A stretch of 64,000 bases of DNA, taken from the NCBI GenBank assembly GCA_963790475.1, contig CAWBOS010000006.1:192001-256000 (forward strand). The letters run 5' to 3'. This DNA comes from an uncultured delta proteobacterium (lineage in GTDB: Bacteria > Desulfobacterota > RBG-13-43-22). Positions 30,731 to 40,710 of the stretch are shown one piece after another (positions within the stretch are counted from its first letter, which is position 1; every line of letters begins with the position of its first letter). Both the position numbers and the translations under genes were made by a program. The notes under the pieces were generated by a model. That model was given only the letters and a program-made list of their open reading frames with translations, was not told the origin of the DNA and did no database searches.

Positions 30731-30995
30731 TCATGACTGGTTCTGATGAATATCATTTGTGTCGGAGTGAGCGACCCTACATAGAGATTCGGTTTCATAG
30801 GGTGTATTCGATTACAAGTTGAAGCTTCCCAATTCTTGCCTCGGATTCAGAAATGGCCCAACAAAATTTTGGATGTGGGTGTCTTATGGACATCCGATAT
30901 TTAAAGAACGATTAAGGACCTATGGCCTGTCATAATGGGGGACGTTGGTGCAGAAAGTTCTTGACGGAAGGGACGGGTTGTGAGATGATGGTATA

Positions 30996-31961
30996 ATGCC
31001 ACGATTAGCCCGCTTAGACGCCCACGGGGTGTTGCACCACGTCATTGGCCGTGGGATTGAACGTAGAAAGATATTTTATAAGGATAAGGATCGGGAGGAT
31101 TTTGTTGACCGGCTGGCGGGATTGGCGGAAAAGGGGGCCTGGGTCGTTTATGCCTGGGTCCTGATGTCCAATCATTATCATCTGTTGATCAAGACCAAAA
31201 ATCAGCCCCTGGCCGACAACATGAGGAAACTGTTGACCGGGTACGCGGTTAACTTCAACCACCGGCATAAGCGTGTAGGGCATCTGTTTCAAAACCGGTA
31301 TAAATCCATTGTCTGCCAGGAAGAGAACTATTTGCGAGAATTGGTTCGCTACATTCATCTGAACCCGCTGAGAGCCGGATTGGTTCAAGATACGGAACAG
31401 CTTAACCGGTATCCCTGGTCGGGGCATTCGGCTTTGCTGGGCTGGGTCAAACGGGAATGGCAGGATATCGGTTATGTGATGTCCTTTTTCGGCAACGAGC
31501 GACAGGCCCGCCGGAACTATTTAACCTACATGGTCGAAGGGATAGAGCAGGGGAGACGCGCGGATTTGGTCGGGGGAGGGTTGCTCCGAAGTTTGGGCGG
31601 CTGGTCGGAAGTGTTAGCCTTAAGAACCAAAAAAGAGCGGGTTCCCTACGACCAACGGATACTTGGAGATGGAGACTTTGTGGAGGGTTTACGATCGGCC
31701 TTGGACGATTTAATTTTTAGAAATCGAAGAAGTACAGTGAAGACCATGGACTTGGAAACCTTAATCGAACAAACCGGTTCCAAATACGGCCTGCTCCCGG
31801 GGGAACTCCGGTCCGGAAGCCGAAGGCGTGAGGCGGTCCGGGCTCGTGGGGAAATCGCCTGGGGAGCTGTGCGGGAACTGGGATATTCGGGGGCCGAGGT
31901 GGCCCGGTATCTGGGTGTGACCACTTCCTGCATCAACCGGGTGGTGGGAAGGGGCCGGTAA
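30996..31961 (+). mobile_element. Y1 HUH transposase, RAYT-like, with C-terminal HTH (DnaA_C-like)
   Basis: MPRLARLD..HHVIGRG, LMSNHYHLL (HUH), GHLFQNRY, RYIHLNP (catalytic Tyr), YPWS. Confidence 0.88.
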
Positions 31962-32125
31962 GATTGGGATAATGGAAGGGTGGAAGATTGGAAGGACAAA
32001 GACAGAGAACGGAGGGAGAAAGATTGGGGGCGGGTTAGGGGTTTATTGGGTCTGATGGGTCGTTTGGTTTTTTTTACTGAACAGACTAAATAGACCAAAA
32101 AGATTATAGGACCAGATAGACCCAA
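31962..32125. repeat. Stacked 8-mer, 7-mer and 9-mer repeats with a local inverted 9-mer pair
   Basis: gattggga/taatggaa/gattggaa; gggtttattgggtctgatgggtcgtttgg vs agactaaatagacc...gatagacccaat. Confidence 0.75.
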
Positions 32126-32467
32126 TTAAAGGGATAGACTTAACTTAAGGGCTCGTTCGACTTCTTTCATTTTATTTTCATCGACCAACCCCAACCTTTT
32201 TTCCAGTCGATCTTTAGAAACCGTTAGGATCTGGATGGTTTTTATAATAGAAGGTTTTATCAATCCACCTTGAGGTGGATCTAGTAATACATTCATAGGA
32301 TATTTCTTTACTGTTGTTGAAACGGCGGCGACAATCGTAGTCGAAGCATGTTCATTGCCAATATTGTTTTGAATAACCAGCGCAGGTCTTTTCCCGGCCT
32401 GCTCGCTGCCGCGGGCCGGGTTCCAATTGACAACCCATATTTCACCACGCTTGGGGAAGGTGGTCAT
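32126..32467 (-). CDS. mazF: MazF/PemK toxin
   Basis: KRGEIW..WNPARGSEQAGKRPALVIQNN...QILTVSKDRL. Confidence 0.92.
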   Translation of the reverse strand: MTTFPKRGEIWVVNWNPARGSEQAGKRPALVIQNNIGNEHASTTIVAAVSTTVKKYPMNVLLDPPQGGLIKPSIIKTIQILTVSKDRLEKRLGLVDENKMKEVERALKLSLSL

Positions 32468-32697
32468 TGGTGAATTTCCTTTTGGGCTTCCAAGGTCAAT
32501 TCAGAAAATTTCCGGTCTTCATCCGCCATCTCCCGGTATCCCTCGGCCATTAAGGCTTCAGTCTTTTTTTCCAACCATAAGGAAAATGACTCTTGCGCCA
32601 AACGGCTTCGGGCCAAATTAAAACGCTTGGCGGCCTGGTCAACAGCCTCACATAATCCTTCATCGATAGTAATGGTAATTTTTTTCTTGGTTTGCAT
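32464..32697 (-). CDS. RHH/CopG antitoxin (NdoAI-like)
   Basis: KITITIDE...RSRL...MAEGYREMAD; overlaps toxin start. Confidence 0.85.
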   Translation of the reverse strand: MQTKKKITITIDEGLCEAVDQAAKRFNLARSRLAQESFSLWLEKKTEALMAEGYREMADEDRKFSELTLEAQKEIHQ

Positions 32698-32728
32698 TAT
32701 GCCCCCAATTAGTCTTACTTTTTAGCAG

Positions 32729-32757
32729 ATATTATGTCATATTTTGAGTCATGTCAA
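32729..32757 (-). promoter_or_regulatory. Sigma70 promoter of the TA module
   Basis: TTGACA-17-TAATAT on the minus strand. Confidence 0.65.
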
Positions 32758-32791
32758 GAGAAAAATTTGGACACAAATGAATTGTGAGAGC

Positions 32792-32939
32792 TTGGTTTGG
32801 TCTGTCGGTTTGTTGAGTTTAATATGTCTATTTTGTCTATTTGGTTGAGGACTGAGGAAAAAGGATAAAGGAACGAGGAGCGAGGAGAAAAGATTGAGAT
32901 GCGAGGAAAAAGGAACGAGGGGAAAGGAGAAAGGAGAAA
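32792..32939 (+). repeat. 9-mer (G/T-rich) then heptamer (nnAGGAn) tandem arrays
   Basis: tgaggac tgaggaa aaaggat aaaggaa cgaggag cgaggag...; 32853-32872 is identical to 34796-34815. Confidence 0.85.
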
Positions 32940-32951
32940 TGACCAGGGGGG

Positions 32952-33242
32952 CTATGGTTTTAGCTTGGACAGCAGAAGCCGGAATTGATCATAGAGGTCT
33001 CTCCGGTGGCCGACATAAAAAACCTGGACAACCCGATTATCATTGTCAACGGTGTATATGATCCTGAATCTCTTGGGTTTAAAGGACTTAAATTCGGCGA
33101 GTTCCTCCTGCAAATCGTCGCCGACATAGGGTTCCTCACGAAGTTGGTCTAAGGCGTCTCGTATGATCTTCTTATGATCAGGATGCAGGCGGGAGATGCA
33201 TTGCGCTGCTTCAGGAGTGAAACTAACCCGGTACTTCTTCAT
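32952..33242 (-). CDS. relE: RelE/ParE-family toxin
   Basis: YRVSFTPEA...PYVGDDL...FRIIYTVD..VGHRRDLY. Confidence 0.88.
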   Translation of the reverse strand: MKKYRVSFTPEAAQCISRLHPDHKKIIRDALDQLREEPYVGDDLQEELAEFKSFKPKRFRIIYTVDNDNRVVQVFYVGHRRDLYDQFRLLLSKLKP

Positions 33243-33508
33243 TTCCCAAAAACCTTATCGTACTCGACCCATTTTCCCAGATTGGCCTCCTGGATAGATT
33301 TTCGAATGATTTTCATGGCCGACTCATCGGAAAGGATGTCGATGGTCTCGAGGAGACCTATAAATTTTCTCATACTAATCAAAACAGCCTCTGGAGCGCC
33401 GTTTTTAGTAATGGCGAAGGCATCGTCGGAATCCTCAAGTTTTCGGATTAAATTCAGAAGATTGCTTTTAGCTTTGGTGATTGGGATATAATCCTGTATG
33501 ATCTGCAT
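33239..33508 (-). CDS. Phd/YefM antitoxin
   Basis: IPITKAKSNL...ITKNGAPEAVLIS...ETIDILSD. Confidence 0.9.
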   Translation of the reverse strand: MQIIQDYIPITKAKSNLLNLIRKLEDSDDAFAITKNGAPEAVLISMRKFIGLLETIDILSDESAMKIIRKSIQEANLGKWVEYDKVFGK

Positions 33509-33524
33509 ATTTATTCTCCAATAG

Positions 33525-33563
33525 TTTTAATGGTCATTATACTGACTATTAAAATGCTGTCAA
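33525..33563 (-). promoter_or_regulatory. Sigma70 promoter with palindromic operator
   Basis: TTGACA-16-TATAAT; ttttaatggtca-ttatac-tgactattaaaa inverted repeat. Confidence 0.75.
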
Positions 33564-33621
33564 CCTATTTTGTGGGACGCAAAAATAGTTGATTTGTCGG
33601 AGGTAAATTTGGTAGTTTCTT

Positions 33622-33915
33622 GCCGCAGACCGGCACAGACAGGACCGGACAAAACCGTGTCTCTCACAGAGCGCACAGAGGCACAGAGAAAACTAATTTA
33701 TGGATTGCCGTTGAGGGGAAGGCAATCCAAAACCAGCGTCGCCTTTCCGCGAAATAATCTCTCTCTGAGAACTCTGAGGGCTTGAGTGACCGGAGGGAAC
33801 GGGCGAGAGGAAAATCTTTATCTCTCACAGAGCTCACAGAGACACAGAGGCAAGAAAGATTTTCATTGCGTTTGAGAAGGCCGCAATTAAGACCTGTCTG
33901 TCGCCTGAAGGCGAA
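33622..33915 (+). repeat. Modular hairpin element: one full copy (33660-33810) plus the 5' arm of the next (33821-33850)
   Basis: 5' arm ctctcacagagcgcacagaggcacagaga; 3' arm tctctgagaactctgagggct..gaccggagggaacgggcgagagg. Confidence 0.85.
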
Positions 33916-34154
33916 GATGCTTCTCTGGAGTGTATATATTAATTGAGGGATTAAGATTTAATAAGTTCCGGAATCAAACAAATCAGGTATTCTCCCGATG
34001 CTGCTTGGGGCAAGGCATAAGTTGTCTTCTTGGCATTTTATGCCGATGGCTATAAGAAGGTGAGGATGGTACGATTAGCAAGGTTTGTTATAACCGGCGT
34101 CCTTCGCTCACCCCAATATCCCCGGATGATTAAAAAATTTTTTTCGAGTTTACG

Positions 34155-34811
34155 ATGATGAAAAATCGATCCACTCAAAATTGGTACAGGCAGATCAAGG
34201 TGTTATTACCTACAATACTGATCGCCTATTCAATAACATTGGCGGCTATTGTCGGAATCTCCATTTATGCAATTTCCACAGGGAGGCGAATCTGGTATTT
34301 CACGGTTGATCCGTTTCTTATTGGCAACCTGCCATTTTATGCCGGCTTTCTTTCTAATTTGGGACTGCTTTTGTGGAGTGCCAGCGCAACGGTTTGTTTT
34401 TTTAGCGCAATGATCCTGCGTGATGAAGAATTAATAAACCGATATAGGTATTTTTTTGTTATGTCTGGTCTCTTTACTTCCTTGATTATGTTTGACGGTC
34501 TCTTTCAGATGCATCGCATTTTCTATCCGAATCACCTTCATCTCTCAACTTTTATGATCTATTGCGTTTATAGTATTCTTGGACTCTGGTATCTCTTTAT
34601 TTTTAGAAAACAAATTATGGAGACTGAATATTTAATGCTTGCCTTGGCTTTAAGCTTCCTTGGGTTGGCCGTAATTATTGATACCGTGTCTATGGTACCG
34701 AGAGGTCGTACGGCGCTTTCGGATTTATTTAAATTTTTTGGAATTGTGAGCTGGTTCATCTATTTTATCCGCACTTGCCGGAAGGTTCTGAGGAATGAGG
34801 AAAAAGGATAA
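34155..34811 (+). CDS. Hypothetical 7-TM membrane protein
   Basis: 218 aa hydrophobic ORF; DP..PFYAGFLSNLG. Confidence 0.7.
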   Translation: MMKNRSTQNWYRQIKVLLPTILIAYSITLAAIVGISIYAISTGRRIWYFTVDPFLIGNLPFYAGFLSNLGLLLWSASATVCFFSAMILRDEELINRYRYFFVMSGLFTSLIMFDGLFQMHRIFYPNHLHLSTFMIYCVYSILGLWYLFIFRKQIMETEYLMLALALSFLGLAVIIDTVSMVPRGRTALSDLFKFFGIVSWFIYFIRTCRKVLRNEEKG

Positions 34812-34843
34812 AGGATCGTGGAGATTTACCTAAAACGAAAGTT

Positions 34844-35137
34844 CCTCTCTCAGAACTGTGAGGGCAAGATTGACCGGGGAGTGAGCGGCGAGAGGAAAAG
34901 TCTTTATCTCTCACAGAGCTCACAGGGGGCACGGAGATGATATTTATTGATTGCCGTTGAGGGAGGGGGCGGCAATCAATATCCATCCGTCGCCTGGCGA
35001 CGACCCGTGGTTACACGCCCAAAGGGCCAGATGGTAGGAGGAAGACAAGTCGTCTTCCCTCCTGTCAGGTATTTGTCTGTGGCAAAAGAAGCTCTGAGAA
35101 CTGAGGGCTCAATTGACCGAAGGGAACGGGCGAGAGA
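34844..35137 (+). repeat. Modular hairpin element: a 3' arm (34844-34895) and a full copy (34907-35137)
   Basis: Same arms as 33660-33810; includes the aggaggaagac-aagtc-gtcttcc module. Confidence 0.85.
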
Positions 35138-35256
35138 AAACAGGAGACGTCGGAAAATTGTGTCTAAGCACAAAGAATGGCGCCAGTTTTTCGCCTTGGC
35201 TTAAGACCAAGAATTATATCCCATTGAAATACTGATTTTTTTTATAGGCCTCCTCA

Positions 35257-35272
35257 TGGCATAGGTTTTGCT
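35257..35272 (+). promoter_or_regulatory. Sigma54 -24/-12 promoter
   Basis: TGGCATAGGTTTTGCT, GG-N10-GC. Confidence 0.7.
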
Positions 35273-35329
35273 AAATCAGGAAGAAAGCAATTATCTCACT
35301 TTATCAATACTGGAGAAAGGGAGGTTTTT

Positions 35330-36178
35330 ATGATGGTGAAGAAGACTAGGGCTTCGAAGAACAGCTTTTCAGGAAAAAGGGGTTATGGGTGGGTGCCGGA
35401 TATTCCGGATCAGAGGGATTATCTTTTAAGCGCAGTGCTTAAGGTGCCGGCCAGGCTGCCTGGCAAGGTAGATTTGCGGCCGCTCTGTTCCAAGATTGAA
35501 GATCAGGGCCAACTGGGGAGCTGCACGGCCAATGCCCTGGCCGGGGCCATCGAGTTCCTGGAACGAAAGGACAAGGTTCCTTTTCAGGATTTCAGCAGGC
35601 TCTTTATTTACTATAACGAACGGGCCTTGGAACACACCATAAACTCCGATTCGGGGGCCATGATCCGGGATGGGATCAAGACTATGGCCAAGCAAGGGGT
35701 CTGCTCCGAGAAGAGCTGGCCCTATGAGGTATCCAAGTTTAAATCTAAACCGGGACCAGCCTGCTATAAAGAAGCCTTGGAACATCAGATCACCTCCTAT
35801 CGTCGTATTCTCACCCTTGATCAGATGCGGACCTGTCTGGCCGAAGGGTTCCCTTTTATCTTTGGCTTTACCGTGTACGAGAGCTTTGAAACCCAGGAAG
35901 TCGCCCGGACCGGTGTTGTGAATATGCCCGACCATGGCGAGCAGGTGCTCGGAGGGCATGCCGTTCTCGCCGTGGGGTACGATCATTCCAAAGAGAGATT
36001 TATTGTCCGAAATTCCTGGGGAAGCGGTTGGGGCCTGAAGGGCTATTTCACCATGCCCTATAAATACCTCAGCAACCGTAACCTTTCCGACGACTTTTGG
36101 ACCATCCGCAGGGGAGAATTGATGGTTCCCAGAAAAAAGGAAAGGATTGAGGTACGAGGAAAAAGAGTTGAGGGGTGA
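35330..36178 (+). CDS. Papain-like cysteine peptidase (C1 family)
   Basis: DQGQLGSCTANA, GGHAV, RNSWG catalytic motifs. Confidence 0.92.
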   Translation: MMVKKTRASKNSFSGKRGYGWVPDIPDQRDYLLSAVLKVPARLPGKVDLRPLCSKIEDQGQLGSCTANALAGAIEFLERKDKVPFQDFSRLFIYYNERALEHTINSDSGAMIRDGIKTMAKQGVCSEKSWPYEVSKFKSKPGPACYKEALEHQITSYRRILTLDQMRTCLAEGFPFIFGFTVYESFETQEVARTGVVNMPDHGEQVLGGHAVLAVGYDHSKERFIVRNSWGSGWGLKGYFTMPYKYLSNRNLSDDFWTIRRGELMVPRKKERIEVRGKRVEG

Positions 36179-36622
36179 TCTCTCACAGAGCAGAGGGAGG
36201 CACAGAGGGGAAAAGCTCATAGCTCAAAGCTGATAGCTGATAGCGAGAAAGAACTATCAAGAGATAGCGTCATTATTTTTTCATTGCGGTCGAGAAGGAC
36301 CGCAGTTGTCTATGACAAAAGAAAAGAAGGATTTATAGCCACGGACGCACACGGACAAAGTCTGGACGAAAGATAATTTGCCTGGCCCCTACAAGGACGT
36401 GGCCAAGCAAACCCAGCCGTCGCCTGGCGGCGAACCTGGAGTTAAGTACCTGATCCATTAGGCCTTAGGTAAGCCGAAGGCTGGATGGGTTATGAAAATC
36501 GGCCTGACACCGAATTTTATAAAAAGTGGTTCCTTCTCTCTGGGAAATCTGAGGGCTCGAGTGACGGGAGGGAATGGGCGAGCGGAAAAGATCCGATCTC
36601 TCACAGGGCACGCAGAGGCACA
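36179..36622 (+). repeat. Extended modular hairpin element (36179-36586) with internal heptamer tract, plus the next 5' arm (36597-36622)
   Basis: Arms as above; agctcat/agctcaa/agctgat 36214-36244; internal modules shared with 61951-62165. Confidence 0.82.
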
Positions 36623-36709
36623 ACTAGGCATTGCGCAATGTTTGAGTTATTGACATTCTCTGAAGATGCGCTTAATATAGGCTCATAATTAAACGCTAGA
36701 GGTGCAACA

Positions 36710-36940
36710 ATGAGAATAACCGCACATATTCCGGATAATATTGCAAAAGATGTTAAGAGGTTTGCTGACAATGAAAAGATGTCGGTATCGGCGGTAATAG
36801 CCGAAGCGCTTCAATATTATGTTTACGAAAAAAAAAAGATGGAAACCGGGAAAAAAGTTTTGGCCATGATCGGCAAGGTGCACGTTTCTGAAGATGCACA
36901 TAAAGAACTTAATAAAATGAGAGCAGAGACTGAAAGATGA
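36710..36940 (+). CDS. RHH-type antitoxin
   Basis: MRITAHIPD...SVSAVIAEAL; ATGA overlap with PIN gene; TTGACA-17-TAATAT at 36650-36678. Confidence 0.8.
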   Translation: MRITAHIPDNIAKDVKRFADNEKMSVSAVIAEALQYYVYEKKKMETGKKVLAMIGKVHVSEDAHKELNKMRAETER

Positions 36941-37329
36941 TAGGTTTGGATTCGGGTTTTTTTGTTGAGCTTCTTAAGGGCAATCAACAAACCGAAAGAA
37001 TCTGGAATGACATTTTGGATGGTCAAGGTTCTGTAGTATCGTGCATTTCTTTATTTGAACTTAAGAGGCTCGGCCTGAAAGGTTTGATTGATATCAGCAC
37101 GATCGACACTATTAATGAAGCGATTATGAATATATGCAATATTGCCTGGTTAGATAATGTTACTGTTGTCAATACGGCTGCTAATTTTTCCCACGGATTG
37201 GGAATCCACATGGCTGATGCCTTGATCCTTTCAGGATTTATTAAATATGGAGTTACGAAAATATACACAACGGATCAACACATTTCTTTGTATAAGAAAA
37301 AAGGCGTGAGGGTTATTATGCTAATTTAA
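36937..37329 (+). CDS. vapC: PIN-domain toxin (VapC)
   Basis: GLDS, SLFEL, ADALI, YTTD. Confidence 0.88.
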   Translation: MIGLDSGFFVELLKGNQQTERIWNDILDGQGSVVSCISLFELKRLGLKGLIDISTIDTINEAIMNICNIAWLDNVTVVNTAANFSHGLGIHMADALILSGFIKYGVTKIYTTDQHISLYKKKGVRVIMLI

Positions 37330-37367
37330 TCCATGACTTTTTTTACTTTGTTCTTATAGGGCGCCTT

Positions 37368-37552
37368 TCAATTGACCGGATGGAACGGGCGTGAGAAAAA
37401 AGGTGAAAGGAACTAGGAGCGGGTTATGGGTGGGGATTTGTTGAGTTTGTTGAGTCAATTGGGTTCATTGAGTTATTGGGTTTAATTGGTAGGCTTGGGT
37501 ATCCTCTTTTAATACAAAAATACCGTTTGTCGTTTATCGTTCGGTGTTCGGC
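37368..37552 (+). repeat. Element 3' arm followed by 7-mer and 9-mer arrays
   Basis: tcaattgaccggatggaacgggcgtgag; ttgttgagtttgttgagtcaattgggttcattgagttattggg. Confidence 0.8.
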
Positions 37553-37701
37553 GAACCCCAATTTTCATACTTCGGGGCGGTTGGCAAAGGTCTGAGGGTT
37601 TTATATAAAAAAACTCCGCACAAACTGTACGGGTTTTTTATCGGTAATAAATTGTTTGGGATAAGAATTTTATTAGTGTTTTTTCCTTGTCCGGGTAGCG
37701 G

Positions 37702-37910
37702 CTAACTCTTAATTCTCAAATTTTCTAAAGTTGGAACCGTTTTAAAGAGATCGCTTTCCGTTGCCTTTCGGTCGAAGGTGTAAGTTACCACAGCCTTTTC
37801 ACGATGATTGGAAAGACCGATAAGATAGTCGGCAAAGTCAGCCTTTCAGTCTGCCGCTGGTCATTGCGGACAATATAGCGAATAAGAACATTGGTATCCA
37901 ATCCAATCAA
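37702..37910 (-). pseudogene. VapC with large internal deletion and frameshift
   Basis: MIGLDTNVLIRYIVRND joined out of frame to KADFADYLIG...TYTFDRKA. Confidence 0.8.
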
Positions 37911-38140
37911 GACGATGCCCCTTTAGCTATTGCCTTATCCATATCAGCCAAGGATAGGGCTTTTTGGGGTTTAGGGACCATCCCCTTCAAACTGGATATC
38001 GTTTCCACCACAGGAATGATCTCCAACCTTTCATTGTCAATGACAATAAATTCCAGTTTACTGCCCGGGATAATTTTCAGTCGTCTCCTGGCTTCAGCCG
38101 GTAGAGTCACTTGTCCTTTGCTGGTTACCGTGGCAATCAT
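37907..38140 (-). CDS. AbrB/MazE-type antitoxin
   Basis: ATVTSKGQVTLPAEARRRL..PGSKLEF. Confidence 0.9.
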   Translation of the reverse strand: MIATVTSKGQVTLPAEARRRLKIIPGSKLEFIVIDNERLEIIPVVETISSLKGMVPKPQKALSLADMDKAIAKGASS

Positions 38141-38216
38141 TTCTTACCTCTTCTATATGTTCCTTACTTTTTAACCTTACTTTATCCAAATAAAATATTT
38201 TGTCAAGAGAATCCAT

Positions 38217-38293
38217 GTCCGGAGGGGATGGGCGAGAGAAGAAAATAGTGCCCTGAGGGACTGACGATAGGAGGAAGACAGGTCGTCTTCCTC
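38217..38293 (+). repeat. Element 3' arm plus gccc-n4-ggg / ggaagac-n5-gtcttcc module
   Basis: Matches 62141-62219 and 35017-35062. Confidence 0.8.
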
Positions 38294-38377
38294 GTTTCCA
38301 GCCGTAGTCGTTGGTACAAGGAAAATCCTCATTGCTAAAATTCCGAATGTAGTGTATTGTAGTACAAGAGGTGGGAA

Positions 38378-38596
38378 ATGAGAAACGTATTATCTGTGAG
38401 CCTTCCGGGAAATTTGGTGAAAGACCTTAATAGTTTTGCCAAGTCAACAGGAAGGAATAAAAGCGACATTTTAAGAGATTCGTTGGGCAATTACCTTTGG
38501 GAAATTAAATTCAAGGAGACCAAGAAACGCCTTTCCGCCAAAGCAAAGAAAGCCGGAATCATAACCGAAGATGATGTTTTTAAAACGGTATCATGA
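38378..38596 (+). CDS. RHH/CopG antitoxin
   Basis: LSVSLP...GRNKSDILRDSL...AGIITEDDVF. Confidence 0.85.
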   Translation: MRNVLSVSLPGNLVKDLNSFAKSTGRNKSDILRDSLGNYLWEIKFKETKKRLSAKAKKAGIITEDDVFKTVS

Positions 38597-39000
38597 AAGC
38601 CGCTTTCGATACTAATGTCCTAGTTGCGGCATTCCTTACCGACGGTTTATGCTCCAAGCCCCTTTTAAGAGCACGCCGCAAGGAATTCTCCTTAATTCTG
38701 TGCCCTTATATTTTGCAGGAGTTTCAAAAATTTCTTCAAGCAAAAATTAAGGCCTCAAGCCGGGAAATAGAAATGGCGGTTAAGCTCCTTGAAGAAGGGG
38801 CTTTTGAGATAAAGCATCCTTCGATGATTATTGAAAGGACATGCCGAGATATCGATGATGATAATATTCTCAGCTGTGCCTTGGCTTCAGAATCGGAGTA
38901 TTTGGTGACCGGAGATGATGATTTATTAACACTTCATAAGTATGGAAAAACAAAAATCATCAAACCTCGACAGTTTGAAGATCTTTTTGTCGACAATTAA
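38593..39000 (+). CDS. PIN-domain toxin (PIN_3 type)
   Basis: FDTNVLV, CRDIDDD, LVTGDDDLL. Confidence 0.9.
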   Translation: MKAAFDTNVLVAAFLTDGLCSKPLLRARRKEFSLILCPYILQEFQKFLQAKIKASSREIEMAVKLLEEGAFEIKHPSMIIERTCRDIDDDNILSCALASESEYLVTGDDDLLTLHKYGKTKIIKPRQFEDLFVDN

Positions 39001-39053
39001 AAGAATTGCCCAACCACGTTCTTCGGTTATCGGTGGCAAAAAAAGCCTTTCTA

Positions 39054-39485
39054 TCCACGGACCCACACAGACAGAAACTGGGACAATAGCTTATCTCTCG
39101 CGGAGCACGCGGAGGCACAGAGATTTTTTTCATTGCGGTTGAGGGACCGCAATGAAAAACACCCCGTAGTCTGATTTCCCTTTCTCAGAAAATCAGACTA
39201 TAAGTAACACACTCTGCAAACTCTGAAGGCTTGAGCGAAGCGGGCGGGAGAAAAGGGGTTTTGAAGTCAAAATGAAAAATGGAAAGTGCAGTTTGGTCTG
39301 TTTGGTCTATTGAGTCTATTGAGTTTGTTGAGTTCATTGCGTTGAGGAGAGAGGAAGAAGGAGAAAGGACAGGAAACACGGGGAAGAATGGATTGATGGA
39401 ATAATGGAAAAGGCAACAAGGATCAACCCAAACCACTCAAGTAACTCAATAACCCAACTAACTCAAGCAACCCAATAAATTCAAC
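39054..39485 (+). repeat. Modular hairpin element (39094-39252) followed by stacked 7/9/8-mer arrays with an inverted 9-mer pair
   Basis: 39291-39345 (ttgagtctattgagtttgttgagttcattg) is complementary in type to 39424-39485 (actcaataacccaactaactcaa). Confidence 0.82.
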
Positions 39486-39908
39486 GGTGCCGGGTTCAGA
39501 TGAATTTACCCTCTTAACAATAAAAAACCCCCCACATAATGCAAGCCTTCCCAATGACCGTCCACATAATAATCCTTCACACTCTCCGTATAACCATTCC
39601 TTGCCTCATGTAGATCTCCCTCGACTGGTGTTACAATCGAAGTATTTGGTTCCACACCTACAGGTGGTAGGGAGAAATTTAACCACGCAACCACACTGAG
39701 ATCATTAGTTGCTTCCAGTCCTGCCTTTGTCGGTGGCAAAAGAGAAGTATTAAAAGACTTTTTAGACACAGAACCAAGGAAGGAGAAACGAAGAAACAAG
39801 GTATGGAACGATAGCCTAAAAAATATTGACACTTTATGGTATAAAGTGTACCCTTTGCTCAGAATATAAAAGAATATTTCCCATTGCTGTAAAATTGAGG
39901 TGATCTAA

Positions 39909-40145
39909 ATGATAGAGGTAAATGCCAAAAAGGCTCGTGGGCAGTTAAGCTCCTTGCTTAAACAAGTCGAGGAAGGAGAAGAAGTGATCATTTCCCGTAA
40001 TGGAAAAAGGATTGCCCGGATGGTTTCTTTAATAGAATCCCCCAAGCGACTTCCAAGCTTGAATGATTTCAGGGCAAAGGTCAGAATTAATGGTGAGCCG
40101 CTGAGTGGAATCGTGGTGCAATCCCGGAAGGAAGAACGCTATTGA
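39909..40145 (+). CDS. Phd/YefM antitoxin
   Basis: VNAKKARGQLSSLLKQVEEGEEVIISRNGKRIARM; upstream palindrome acactttat-ggt-ataaagtgt over a TTGACA. Confidence 0.88.
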   Translation: MIEVNAKKARGQLSSLLKQVEEGEEVIISRNGKRIARMVSLIESPKRLPSLNDFRAKVRINGEPLSGIVVQSRKEERY

Positions 40146-40212
40146 TGATGGTATTGAAAAAAGTTCACAATCGTTACGAGCCTATTGAGGCATCATCCTA
40201 GGGAGGTAATCG

Positions 40213-40668
40213 TTGATGGTTTATGTAGATACCAGTCTTCTTGCCGCCTATTATTCCCCTGAACCTTTGAGCGGGAAAGCAGAGGAATTTCTAATTGGTC
40301 AGGAGGGGTTGGCCATCAGCAGTCTGACCGAAATTGAGCTTTTTTCAGCCCTTTCAAGAAAGGTGCGGGAGGAAGGACTTCATCAAATGGATGCTAAAAA
40401 GATTGCTTCTCGGTTTCTGTCCCATGTGGATGGGAATTTTTTCAAATATCTTACAGTAGAAACCAGACATTATCGACTGGCACGTGATTGGTTGGGGTTG
40501 TTCAACACCAGTCTGCGAAGCCTGGATGCCTTGCATTTAGCCGTAGCCTCATCACAAGGATTAGCTGTCGCTACCTCCGATCTTAAATTTTCCCAATCAG
40601 CTCGCGCAATGGGTCTGGAAGTTCTGTTGATTTCGTTTGAGGAGCCGAATGCCGAGAAAAGCATTTAA
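40213..40668 (+). CDS. vapC: PIN-domain toxin (VapC)
   Basis: YVDTS, TEIEL, LRSLDALHLA, TSD. Confidence 0.9.
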   Translation: MMVYVDTSLLAAYYSPEPLSGKAEEFLIGQEGLAISSLTEIELFSALSRKVREEGLHQMDAKKIASRFLSHVDGNFFKYLTVETRHYRLARDWLGLFNTSLRSLDALHLAVASSQGLAVATSDLKFSQSARAMGLEVLLISFEEPNAEKSI

Positions 40669-40710
40669 AAGTATCTGTGACCAGGGCTTCAGTCTAATAC
40701 TCTTCTATAT

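Noticed and set aside
35426-36220. 264-aa antisense ORF, and similar antisense ORFs over prsK, DUF4301 and the DUF2341 gene
   Set aside because: They shadow well-supported genes on the other strand and have no protein motifs.
33600-39500. CRISPR array
   Set aside because: Repeats are long, modular and irregularly spaced, with no constant repeat-spacer period and no cas genes.
39506-39832. 108-aa minus-strand ORF
   Set aside because: No recognisable family, and its start overlaps the neighbouring TA promoter. It may be a gene fragment but I cannot support a call.
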